Source of the DNA: Chloroflexota bacterium
Lineage (GTDB): Bacteria > Chloroflexota > Limnocylindria > P2-11E > CF-107
Assembly: GCA_005881435.1 (NCBI GenBank)
Contig: VBHP01000028.1
Location: forward strand, 4,538-68,537
Direction of reading: 5' to 3'
Length of the DNA stretch: 64,000 bases
Shown here: piece by piece, positions 44,178 through 53,627 of the stretch
Layout: every line of letters starts with the position of its first letter
Numbering within the stretch: position 1 is the first letter of the stretch
Notes under the pieces: model-generated
The model's database searches: none
What the model was told of the DNA's origin: nothing
Seen by the model: the letters and a program-made list of their open reading frames with translations, nothing else
Translations under genes and position numbers: made by a program

Positions 44178-45142
44178 TCGCGCAGCGAGCGCAGCGTTCG
44201 CGCGGTCAGCACGCGCGCGGCGCGCTTGCGTTCGGCGATCGTCCCGGAGGTGTTGTCCATGGGTCTGGCCGCGGCGAAGACGGCCTCGGCGGCCCTCTCG
44301 ATGGCCTCGTCTTCGAGTCGCGTCCCGATCAGCGCCTCCGAAGCGGCGTCGACGCGCTTCGGGCTTGAGCCCAGTGCGGTGATGGCGACGCGTGCCGCGA
44401 CCACCTCCGCGCCCTCGCGGCGCACCGCGGCCGCGACGCCGGCGATCGGGAAGTCGAATGCGCCGCGTTCGCGCAGCTTGAGGTATGCGCTCCGCCAGCC
44501 ACGCGCCGGCGGGAGGCGCACCTCGGTGACGATGTCGCCTCGGGCCAGGCCGAGATAGTTGATCCCGTCCTCGCGGTAGAGCTCGACGATGTCGACCTGG
44601 CGCGAGCCGGAGACGTTGGCGATCGTGGCCGTGGCGCCGAGCGCGATGAGCGCCGGCACCGTATCTGCGGAGGCGACGGCCAGACAGCGGGCCGACGAGG
44701 GTGCCACACGGCAGACGACCTCGGCGTGCGTCTTCATGCAATAGCCCTCGGCCTTGCGCCAGAACAACGACTGGTCGTACCAGTTGCAGCGCGTGTCGAG
44801 ACAGAGGTTGCCGCCGAGCGTTCCCATGTTGCGGAGCTGCGGCGTCGAGATGACCGACGCCGCATCGGCGAGAGCGCGGTACTGCTCACGGAGCAGCGCA
44901 TGCTCAGCGATCGCGGTCAAGGTCGCGCCGGCCCCGATCCGCACGCCGTCGCCGTTGCTGATGTTGCCGTCAACGACGCGACGCAGCGAGACCAGCGTCC
45001 GCGGGACGAACTGGCGCCGCTTCATCTTGGGATAGACGTCGGTGCCGCCGGCGACGGCCATGGCGTTCGGATCGGCCAGGAGTGCGGCGGCTTCAGCGGC
45101 CGTCGTCGGCGTCGCGAAATCGAAGCGTGGCAAGCGCAGCAT
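44174..45142 (-). CDS. Xanthine dehydrogenase / CO dehydrogenase-family FAD-binding subunit (second copy)
   Basis: 322 aa from ATG 45142. AVAGGTDVYPKMK, NMGTLGGNLC. Its stretch in the 1237-aa ORF is one of three genes that share one frame. Confidence 0.85.
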   Translation of the reverse strand: MLRLPRFDFATPTTAAEAAALLADPNAMAVAGGTDVYPKMKRRQFVPRTLVSLRRVVDGNISNGDGVRIGAGATLTAIAEHALLREQYRALADAASVISTPQLRNMGTLGGNLCLDTRCNWYDQSLFWRKAEGYCMKTHAEVVCRVAPSSARCLAVASADTVPALIALGATATIANVSGSRQVDIVELYREDGINYLGLARGDIVTEVRLPPARGWRSAYLKLRERGAFDFPIAGVAAAVRREGAEVVAARVAITALGSSPKRVDAASEALIGTRLEDEAIERAAEAVFAAARPMDNTSGTIAERKRAARVLTARTLRSLRE

Positions 45143-47509
45143 CAGCTCACCCCGGTCCGCTTCTGCTCGCGCTTCTCCGTGGTGGCTCGGAGCCGGCGCA
45201 TCGCTCGACTCGGATCGTGTCCGCCGCCGAGGCCGTCGGGGCCGACACGCGCCTTCTTCTTCGCCAGCGCGTCCAGGACCTTCGCGGCGGTGATCGGAGT
45301 CTCGTCGAAGCGGATGCCGATCGCGTCGTACACCGCATTGGCCAGCGCCGGGATGACCGGATTGAGCGGCCCCTCGCCCGCTTCCTTCGCGCCGTACGGG
45401 CCTTCCGAGTCGATGGTCTCGACGAGAATGGCCTCGAGCTCGGGCGTGTCTTTGGAGGTCGGCAGCTTGTAGTCGAGGAGCGACGGCTTCTTGTGCAGCC
45501 CGCCGCGGAAGACCTGCTCCTCCATCAGTATCTCGCCCATGCCCATGTAGGCCGAACCCTCGATCTGTCCCTCGGTGTTGACCGGGTTCAGTGCGCGACC
45601 GCAATCGTGCGCCACGACGATCTTGTTGACCGTGATGCGGCCGGTCTCCTCGTCGACCGAGACGTCGGCGACACAGGCTGAGTACGAGTACGCCGGCGAC
45701 GGGCCGACGCCCGACCCCTTGTAGTTGCCGGCGAGCTTCGGCGGCGTGTAGTAGCCGCGCGCCGAGAGTGTGCCGTGCTTCGACTCGGCGGCAACGACGG
45801 CGTCGACGAAGGACAGGAACCGCTCCGGATCCTTGGTGTCGTAGATCCGGCGGAAGGCGCAACCGAGCCGATCCGCCGGGACCTCGAGCTTCGCTGCCGC
45901 GATCTGGAGCAGCGTCCGCCGGAGCTCCGACGCCGCCATCCGGACGGCGTTGCCGGCCATGAACGTGACGCGGCTCGAGTACGACCCGAGGTCGACGGGG
46001 GAAAGTGCGGTGTCGCCGGAGACGACGTAGCACCCCGAGCTCCTCGGCCGCGACGGACGCCAGCATCATGTCCGATCCCTGCCCGATCTCGCTCGTGCCG
46101 CACGACACCAGCACGCCGCCGCCGCGGTCGAGCGTGACGATCGCGCCGGAGTGCGGCATGTCGTTCCAGTAGATGGGCAGACCGGCGCCGGAGATGTACG
46201 CGCTGCCGGCGATGCCAAGGCCGCGGCCAACGACCTTGGGCCGATCGCGATAGCCGGTCGCGGTGGCCGCCCGCTCGAGCGCCTCGCCGAGCCCCATCGA
46301 GGTGACCCGCAGCTCGTTGATCGTCTTCGAGTGCGGTGGCTGGAGATTCCGCAGCCGCAGCTCCAGTGGGTCGATGCCGAGATCCGCGGCGAGCTTGTCC
46401 ATCTGGCATTCGAACCCGTAGCGCGGCTGTGTCGAGCCGTGGCCGCGCTTCGGCCCGCAGGGCGGCTTGTTGGTGTAGACGCGCGTGCCGTCGAACTTGT
46501 ACGCGGGGATCTTGTAGGTGACGGTCAGCAGCGCGCCGGTGTAGTAGGTGGTCGCGATGCCATACGAGGCGTAGGCGCCGCCGTCGAGATACGACTGGTA
46601 GTGGACGGCGGTGATGCTGCCGTCCTTCCGCACCCCGGTGCGGATGCGCATCTTCACCGGATGCCGGCCGCGATGCGCGTAGAAGACCTCCTCGCGATCG
46701 AGCGTGATCTTCACCGGCCGCCCGGTCCGCATCGAGAGCCAGCAGGCCGCGAACTCATGACCGAAGGGGTCGGACTTTCCGCCGAACGCGCCGCCGTTCG
46801 GGGTCGCGATCACGCGAATGTGCGAGCGCGGAAGTCCGAGGACCTTCTCCAGCTCGCGATGCAGGTAGTGGGGCACCTGGGTCGAGGTCCAGAGCGTGAG
46901 CTTGCCGTCGGGCTCGAAGTTCGCGACCGCCGAGTGCTGCTCGATGGGGGCGTGCGTGTTGCCTTCGAAGAAGAACCAGTCGTCGCGGACGTGCTCGGCT
47001 CGCGCGAAGCCGCCCTCGAGATCGCCGAACTCGAGATGCACCTCCTTGAAGATGTTGGCCCGATTCGGTGAGTCCTCGTGAATTCGCACGTCGCCGCGCG
47101 TCAGCGCGTCGTCCAGGGTGAGGATCGGTTCCAGCGGCTCGTACTCGACGTCGATCAGCGACAGCGCCTCGAAGGCGGTGTCCTCGTCCAGCGCGGCGAT
47201 AGCGGCGACGGGCTCGCCGACGTAACGGACCTTGTCGACCGCCAGCGCCGTCTCATCCTGCGTCGAGGGCATGATGCCCATCTTCTGCGGCATGTCCGCC
47301 CCGGTGCAGCCCGCCACCACGCCGGGATACGCGAGCGCGCGTGACAGATCGACGCGGACGATGCGCGCATGCGGCTCTGTCGAACGAAGCAACTTGCCGA
47401 ACAGCAGACGCGGCAGCGCGATGTCATCCGCGTACTTCGCGGTTCCGGTGAGATGCTCCCACACATTCACCTTCGGCAGTCGGCGTCCGATGACCGAGAG
47501 GTCGCTCAT
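45142..47509 (-). pseudogene. Molybdopterin-binding large subunit (second copy) interrupted by a frameshift/short deletion near 46030-46040
   Basis: The N-part (ATG 47509, MSDLSVIGRRLPKVNVWEH..GTSEIGQGSDMMLASVAAEELGV) and the C-part (YVVSGDTALSPVDLGSYSSRVTFMAGNAV..ends 45142) are both family-typical but sit in frames offset by 1. About 4-5 residues of the conserved linker are missing. Confidence 0.75.
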
Positions 47510-47985
47510 TTCGACCTGGCCGCGGCCGCGGCGCGATCGATCGCCTCGTAGATCGCGGTGTAGCCGGTGCAGCGGCAAAGGTTGCCGCTGATGGCCTCGG
47601 CCATCTGGGCTCGATCGGGTCGCGGATTGCGGTCGAGCAACGCTTTCGCCGCGAGGAGGATCCCCGGCGTGCAGTAGCCGCACTGCGCGGCGCCCTCCTC
47701 GGCGAACGCGGTCTGGAGCGGATGCAGCTCGTTTCCGGTGGCGAGTCCTTCCACCGTCGTGATCTCGTGGCCCTGACTCTCGAGAGCCAGCGTCAGACAC
47801 GAGTACACCGGTGCACCGTCGATCAGCACCGTGCACGCGCCGCACTCGCCGAGCTCGCAGCCGTGCTTGGTTCCGGTGAGGCCGCACTCTTCGCGCAGCA
47901 CCTCGAGCAGCGTGTGATGCGGCGGCGCGGCGACCTCATAACGCTGGCCGTTCACGTCGAGCGCGACGAGCGTTCGATCCGTCAC
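47506..47985 (-). CDS. (2Fe-2S)-binding small subunit (second copy)
   Basis: 159 aa. GTG start. CGACTV and CGYCTPG..CRCTGY motifs. The stop overlaps the large-subunit ATG. Confidence 0.9.
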   Translation of the reverse strand: MTDRTLVALDVNGQRYEVAAPPHHTLLEVLREECGLTGTKHGCELGECGACTVLIDGAPVYSCLTLALESQGHEITTVEGLATGNELHPLQTAFAEEGAAQCGYCTPGILLAAKALLDRNPRPDRAQMAEAISGNLCRCTGYTAIYEAIDRAAAAARSK

Positions 47986-48611
47986 GCCGCCCGCCCCGCC
48001 AGTTTCGCGCTGACCTCGGCAGCGCGGGCCGCCACGAGCCTCGCCACCTGACGCAGACGCCCGAGAGGCAGCCGCGACTTGAAGCCGACGACGATCAGGA
48101 CCGCGACCTTGCGACCGTCGGCGTCGACGATCGGAGCCGCGGCCGCGCGGACGCCTTCGAGATACTCCTCGTCGTCAAGGCCCAGCTCCTCGCCGTTCTC
48201 GAGCACCTTGCCGTGCGCGCCGACACCCAAGGGCAGGCGCCAACCGATGCGGCCGCTCATGTGGGGATCGCTCGCGGACTCGACCACGTCGGTGATGACG
48301 ATCTCGTGAGAGTCGACGACGCCGAGGAAGGCGGTCTCGCCTGCCTCACGCGACAGGGACACGAGGGCGCCATGGGCGAGGCGACGGAGGCCAGGTCGTG
48401 CGGCGCGCGCACGAAAGTGCCCGCTGTCCTCCCGGCTGACGAGATCATGGGCCTCGAGCGTCAAGAGGATGTCGCGCACCGTGCCCTTGGATGCGCCGAT
48501 CCGCCTGGCCAGATCGGAGATGCCCGAGGCTTCACCGTCGCGCAGCTCGGCCAGCAGCCGAGCGGCCTTGTCTACCGCGGGAACGTGCCGGTAAGACGTC
48601 GAGGTCGTCAT
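47982..48611 (-). CDS. IclR-family transcriptional regulator
   Basis: 209 aa. N-terminal wHTH (ISDLARRIGASKGTVRDILLTL) and an IclR effector domain. Overlaps the small-subunit start. Confidence 0.85.
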   Translation of the reverse strand: MTTSTSYRHVPAVDKAARLLAELRDGEASGISDLARRIGASKGTVRDILLTLEAHDLVSREDSGHFRARAARPGLRRLAHGALVSLSREAGETAFLGVVDSHEIVITDVVESASDPHMSGRIGWRLPLGVGAHGKVLENGEELGLDDEEYLEGVRAAAAPIVDADGRKVAVLIVVGFKSRLPLGRLRQVARLVAARAAEVSAKLAGRAA

Positions 48612-48739
48612 CCGTACGGCTCAGGATACGCCGTACCGTCTACAGCACGACAGATGACGGTCGCTCATCAGGCCGGTCGGCGGGCGACCGTCGGCCCACC
48701 GGTACACTGGCATCTCGACCTACGGGGATAGGGGGAAGC

Positions 48740-49132
48740 ATGGCGAAGGAAGCACTCGACCTGTGGTCCGAGGAGCTGGCGAAAGCGTTCCGTGGGAGCG
48801 GCCCCGACGTCACAGAGCGTTCGGTCTTCGGCGGGCGGGCGTTCCTTGTCGGCGGGACGCTTGTCGCCGTCGTCGAGAACGTGTCCGGGCAATTGCGGAC
48901 GCGCTTCCGCGAAGACCTCCGTGCGGAGCTTGAGGGCCGAACACACTTCAATCCGGCGAGTCCGCTGCCCATGCTGCTCGTCGTCACCGAGGACGATCGT
49001 GACTACGCGATCTCGCTCGCTCCAATGGCGTACGACCGTGCCCGCAACGGTTCGCCACGGCCGGCGGCGACGACGCAACGGACAGTGGGGGCGACCGCTG
49101 CCGAGCCGGTGAGGCGCCGCCGGGCGCGATGA
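48740..49132 (+). CDS. TfoX N-terminal-domain-like small protein (hypothetical)
   Basis: 130 aa from ATG 48740 (GGGGGAAG SD). FGGRAFLVGGTLVAVVENVSGQLRTRF resembles the TfoX_N fold. The stop overlaps the next gene (ATGA). Confidence 0.5.
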   Translation: MAKEALDLWSEELAKAFRGSGPDVTERSVFGGRAFLVGGTLVAVVENVSGQLRTRFREDLRAELEGRTHFNPASPLPMLLVVTEDDRDYAISLAPMAYDRARNGSPRPAATTQRTVGATAAEPVRRRRAR

Positions 49133-50418
49133 CCCGCGCCGACGAGCACGTCTCGCCGGACGAGCGACAGGCCTCGCAACTGCAGCGGCTCCGAGCCGGT
49201 CTCGATGCCGTGCTCCCGACGAACGCGTTCTACCAGCGGAAGCTTTCGGGACTCGCGACCGCTGATCTGCGCTCGCCAGCGGACCTGAACGCGTTGCCGT
49301 TCACGACCAAAGCGGAGCTCGTGCGCGATCAGCTGGAGCATCCGCCATTCGGCACCAACCTCACGTATCCGCTGGATCGATATGTCCGCGTGCATCAGAC
49401 GAGCGGCACTACGGGCGTGCCGCTTCGCGTTCTGGACACCGAAGAATCCTGGCGCTGGTGGGCGCACCTGTGGACCTACGTGTACGGCGCGGCCGGCGTC
49501 ACGGCAGGCGATCGCGTCTACCTCTGTTTTGGCTTCGGGCCCTTCATCGGCTTTTGGGCTGCTCTCGAAGGCGCGCGCGTGATCGGCGCGCTGGCCATCT
49601 CCGGCGGCAGCCAGAACACAGCCGAGCGTCTGCGCGGGATCGTCGCGCTTGGCGCGACTGTCGTCCTCGCCACGCCCACGTACGCGCTGCGCCTGGCGGA
49701 GGTGGCCCGAGAGCAGGGGATCGATCTCGCGGGTTCGGCGGTCCGCGTGACACTCCACGCCGGAGAGCCTGGCGCGTCGATCCCCGAAACGCGGCGACGC
49801 ATCGAAGCCGCCTTCGGCGCTCGCGCCTTCGATCACACCGGCGCGTCAGAGGTCGGAGCGACCGGTTTCTCGTGCGAAGCCCGCGACGGCGTGCACCTGA
49901 TCGAGAGCCAGTTCATCGTCGAAGTCCTCGATCCGGCGAGCGGCGCGCCGGTCCGCTCCGGCGGCGAGGGCGAGCTGGTGCTCACGAATCTGGGGCGCTG
50001 GGGGCAGCCGGCGATCCGCTATCGCACCGGCGATCGCGTCCGACCGGTGTGGGACGCGTGCTCCTGCGGTCGCACGTTCATGCGCCTCCGCGGTGGCATC
50101 CTCGGCCGGGTCGACGACATGATCACGATCCGAGGCGTGAATGTGTTTCCCAGCGCGCTCGAAAGCATCGTCCGTCGCTTTCCCGAGATCGGCGAGTTCC
50201 AGCTCGAAGTGCGGCCGGAGCGCGGCATGGACGAGCTTTTTCTTCGGCTCGAGGTCGGCGACGGAGTGCGAGCGGAGGACGTGTGTCGGCGCGTCGCCGA
50301 CACGGTGCACGCCGACCTTTCGCTGCGCTGTCGGGTCGAGGCTGTCGCGCTTGGTTCGCTCCCGCGTTTCGAGCTAAAGACACGCCGCCTGATACGCCGC
50401 GAGGGGTCAGCGACATGA
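49129..50418 (+). CDS. Phenylacetate-CoA ligase (PaaK) / coenzyme F390 synthetase-family adenylate-forming enzyme
   Basis: 429 aa. PaaK-like motifs (HQTSGTTGVPLRV, RYRTGDRVR, ITIRGVNVFPSALE). Confidence 0.85.
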   Translation: MTRADEHVSPDERQASQLQRLRAGLDAVLPTNAFYQRKLSGLATADLRSPADLNALPFTTKAELVRDQLEHPPFGTNLTYPLDRYVRVHQTSGTTGVPLRVLDTEESWRWWAHLWTYVYGAAGVTAGDRVYLCFGFGPFIGFWAALEGARVIGALAISGGSQNTAERLRGIVALGATVVLATPTYALRLAEVAREQGIDLAGSAVRVTLHAGEPGASIPETRRRIEAAFGARAFDHTGASEVGATGFSCEARDGVHLIESQFIVEVLDPASGAPVRSGGEGELVLTNLGRWGQPAIRYRTGDRVRPVWDACSCGRTFMRLRGGILGRVDDMITIRGVNVFPSALESIVRRFPEIGEFQLEVRPERGMDELFLRLEVGDGVRAEDVCRRVADTVHADLSLRCRVEAVALGSLPRFELKTRRLIRREGSAT

Positions 50419-50617
50419 TGCCCTGGATCCTCTTCGGCGCGCCCACGCCGACGCCGGACGGCCGAGGATCTCTATCAGCGGCGCGTGACGTGATTCTCGG
50501 CGGAGATGCGTGAGGACGCGCGGCGATTCGGTTGTCGGATTCCATCGTGCCTGTTGTGGCATCGGGTTGGTGCCGTTGCCCTGATCGCCTGCTCGCGCGG
50601 GGTAAGCTTCAGGGGCC

Positions 50618-51313
50618 ATGGCGACCGCGGTCGGCTTCGACGGATTCCCAAAAGAAGCCCAACGCTTTCTGGCCTCGCTCGGCAAGAACAACCGCAAGGC
50701 CTGGTTCGACGCCCACCGCGAGGACTACGAGCGCTACTTGCTCGAGCCGGCGATCGCGTTCGTCAGCGAGCTCGGTCCTCGTCTGCGCAAGATCGATCCG
50801 GCGATACGGGCGGAGCCGCGGATCAACGGTTCTATCGGACGCATCAATCGCGATACCCGCTTCGCCAAGGACAAGAGCCCGTACAAGGATCATCTGAACC
50901 TGTGGTTCTGGCAGGGCCCGGGCAAGCGCGGCGACGCGGTCGGCTACTACTGGGCGCTACATCCGAGCACGCTGGTACTCGGCGTCGGCTTCCACATGTT
51001 CGAGCCGAAATTGCTGTCGCGTTACCGGGACGCGGTGGCGGATCCGAAACGGGGCGGCGCCCTGGTCAGAGCTGTGGCCGACGCGCGGAAGAACGGCTAC
51101 GACGTCGGCGGCGCCGCCTACAAGCGCATGCCGTCGGGTTACGACGTGGACGGCGCACGCGCGCCATTGCTCCTGCACAACGGTCTGTGGGTCGGCACCG
51201 AGCTGCGGTCGCCGCCTGAAGTGCAGTCCCCGAAGCTCGTGGAGCTCACTTATCAGCATTTCCGGCGCATGGAGCCGGTCCGCGGCTGGCTGTTGGAGTT
51301 GACCCGGCCCTAG
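50618..51313 (+). CDS. TIGR02453 / DUF2461-family protein
   Basis: 231 aa. N-terminus FDGFPKEAQRFLASLGKNNRKAWFDAHREDYE is diagnostic of this family. Confidence 0.8.
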   Translation: MATAVGFDGFPKEAQRFLASLGKNNRKAWFDAHREDYERYLLEPAIAFVSELGPRLRKIDPAIRAEPRINGSIGRINRDTRFAKDKSPYKDHLNLWFWQGPGKRGDAVGYYWALHPSTLVLGVGFHMFEPKLLSRYRDAVADPKRGGALVRAVADARKNGYDVGGAAYKRMPSGYDVDGARAPLLLHNGLWVGTELRSPPEVQSPKLVELTYQHFRRMEPVRGWLLELTRP

Positions 51314-51393
51314 TCGCAGATCGGTAGCGGCCGGGTATCAGGTCGTCATTACGGGTGGCGCGCGGCGGCTCGGGCATCGGCGACGATGGCGAC

Positions 51394-53622
51394 ATGCGAC
51401 GCGCTGTCCTGCTTATCTTCGTCCTCTCGGGCGCGGCCGGTCTTGTGTACGAGGTCGTCTGGGCGCGCGAGCTGGTGCTCGTTTTCGGCAACACCACGCA
51501 GGCCGTGTCCGCGATCCTCACCGGTTTCTTCGCCGGCATGGCGCTCGGCAGCGCCGCCGGCGGCCGTCTGGCCGATCGTGTCCGCTCCCCGCTGCGGCTC
51601 TACGGTCTGCTCGAGATCGCGATCGCGGCGGTCGCCCTCGCGACGCCGGTGTTGTTCTCCGTGGTGCGCGCGTCGTACCGCGAGGCGTATCCGCTCTTGG
51701 AGAACACGCCTCTGGCCCTCGCGCTCGTACGCTTCGGGCTCTCGCTCGTCGCCCTGGCGCCCGCCACGGTGCTGATGGGCGCGACGCTGCCGACTCTGTC
51801 GCGACATCTGGCGCGCGCGCGGGAGGACGTCAGCGAGGCTTTTGGCCGGCTCTACGCCGCGAATACGGTCGGCGCGATCGTCGGCGCCGCGGCCAGCGGC
51901 TTCGTGCTCATCGAGCTGCTGGGCCTCTCCGGCGCACTGGTGGTCGGCGCCGGATGTTCGCTCGTCGCCGGCGCGGTGGCGTTGATGCTCGCGCGCGCGA
52001 CACCACAGCGAACGGTGACGGTGACGACGCTGGCTGCGGGACGCGAACGTCGCCTCGCGCTCGTGGTCGCGTTCGTCTCCGGGCTCACCTCGCTCGGTTA
52101 CCAGGTTTTGTGGACGCGGCTCCTGTCGTCGGGGACGGGGAACACGACCTATGTGTTCACCACGATCCTGGTCCTGTTCCTCGTTGGGATCGCCGTCGGC
52201 GCGCTGCTGTTCAGCGCCGGTCTTGGTCGCGGCGGACGGCCGACGACCTGGCTCGGGGTCTGTCAGCTCGCGGTCGGCGCGATCGCGCTAACCGGCACGG
52301 TGCTGATCGGTGGCGGCATCGTCGACCTTTCGCTCGAAGCCGCGCCCCTGCTGACGGTGTTGCCTGCGACGCTGGTCATGGGCCTGGCCTTGCCGATCGC
52401 GTCGGGATTGGTCGCGCAGCGCGACGAGCGCATCGGCACCGACACCGGGCTGCTGCTCGGCGCGAACACGCTCGGCATCGTCATCGGCACGTTCGTCGTC
52501 CCATTCGTGCTCGTGCCGGCGATCGGCTCACCGCGCTCGGCGGCATGCCTGGCGATCGTGAACCTCGTGCTCGGCGCTGTGCTGCTCGGCCTGCGACAGC
52601 AGGCGCGTGCGGCGATCGGGCCGGCTTTGGTGGCGGCGTCGGTCGTGGTGCTGGCGGTGGGGTCCCCGCTGCTGATCGACCCAGGCGCGGCGCGCATCGC
52701 CCGTGGCGGCGGTCAGCTCTTCGCCTCCGGCGAGGACGAGATCGCGTCGGTGCAATCCGGTCAGATCCGCAACGATCTGCACCTGTGGGTCGCCGGGACA
52801 TCCATGACGGCCTTGACCATCGATGCGAAATTCATGGCGCTGCTTCCGGTCATGGTGCGTCCCGATGCTCGGTCCGCGCTGGTGATCGCCTTCGGTATGG
52901 GCTCGAGCTACCGCGCCGCGCTGGAGGCGGGCATGACGGTCGTCGGTGTCGAGCTCGTGCCGACCGTCCCGCGGATGTTCCGCTACTACTACTCCGATGC
53001 CGACGCTGTCCTGGAGAACCCGCGCGGACGTCTCGTCATCGCCGACGGCCGCAATCACGTCGAGCTCACGCATGACCGCTACGACGTCGTCATCGTCGAT
53101 CCGCCGCCACCGATCCGCAGTGCTGGGACCGCGGTGCTGTATTCGCGGGAGTTCTACGCGGCTTCGGCCGCGCGACTCAGCGACAGCGGCGTGATGATGG
53201 AGTGGATGCCGTACCTGCAGACGATGGATGAATTCCGCTCGCACGTGCGCACCTTTGCCGACGTCTTCCCGAATCTGCTGATCGCGCTCGGTCCGGGGCA
53301 CAGCGGCGTGTTCATGCTCGGTTCGCGCAGCGCGGTCGCGCTGGCGCCGTCGGCGGTCCGGAGTGTGCTCGCGCGTCCGGGCATCGGCGAGGATCTCTCG
53401 GCCACGCCCGATGCGCATGGCCGTGCGCCTGGTTCGTGGGCGGACCTGGTGCCCGCGATGGTGTGGCTCGCGGGTGACGATGCCAGGCGCTTCGCCGGCG
53501 ACGCGCCGCCCATCACCGACGATCGGCCGCTGACCGAGTACTTCTTGCTCCGCGACCTCTTCGGCCGGCCGTCACCGCAGATGACCGAGGCCCAGCTGCG
53601 CGCCGCTGCCGTGATCCGCTGA
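51394..53622 (+). CDS. Fused polytopic-membrane / spermidine-synthase-like (polyamine aminopropyltransferase) protein
   Basis: About 742 aa. Roughly 12 N-terminal TM helices are followed by a SpeE-like methyltransferase-fold domain (VIAFGMGSS, VVIVDPPPP). An upstream GTG at 51355 is also possible. Confidence 0.8.
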   Translation: MRRAVLLIFVLSGAAGLVYEVVWARELVLVFGNTTQAVSAILTGFFAGMALGSAAGGRLADRVRSPLRLYGLLEIAIAAVALATPVLFSVVRASYREAYPLLENTPLALALVRFGLSLVALAPATVLMGATLPTLSRHLARAREDVSEAFGRLYAANTVGAIVGAAASGFVLIELLGLSGALVVGAGCSLVAGAVALMLARATPQRTVTVTTLAAGRERRLALVVAFVSGLTSLGYQVLWTRLLSSGTGNTTYVFTTILVLFLVGIAVGALLFSAGLGRGGRPTTWLGVCQLAVGAIALTGTVLIGGGIVDLSLEAAPLLTVLPATLVMGLALPIASGLVAQRDERIGTDTGLLLGANTLGIVIGTFVVPFVLVPAIGSPRSAACLAIVNLVLGAVLLGLRQQARAAIGPALVAASVVVLAVGSPLLIDPGAARIARGGGQLFASGEDEIASVQSGQIRNDLHLWVAGTSMTALTIDAKFMALLPVMVRPDARSALVIAFGMGSSYRAALEAGMTVVGVELVPTVPRMFRYYYSDADAVLENPRGRLVIADGRNHVELTHDRYDVVIVDPPPPIRSAGTAVLYSREFYAASAARLSDSGVMMEWMPYLQTMDEFRSHVRTFADVFPNLLIALGPGHSGVFMLGSRSAVALAPSAVRSVLARPGIGEDLSATPDAHGRAPGSWADLVPAMVWLAGDDARRFAGDAPPITDDRPLTEYFLLRDLFGRPSPQMTEAQLRAAAVIR

Positions 53623-53627
53623 GGCCG

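Noticed and set aside
44174-47887. Single 1237-aa ORF suggesting a giant fusion protein
   Set aside because: It is three adjacent Mo-enzyme genes (small-subunit antisense junk at the top, a frameshifted large subunit, the FAD subunit) that happen to share a stop-free frame. Domain boundaries coincide with ATG/stop overlaps at 47509 and 45142.
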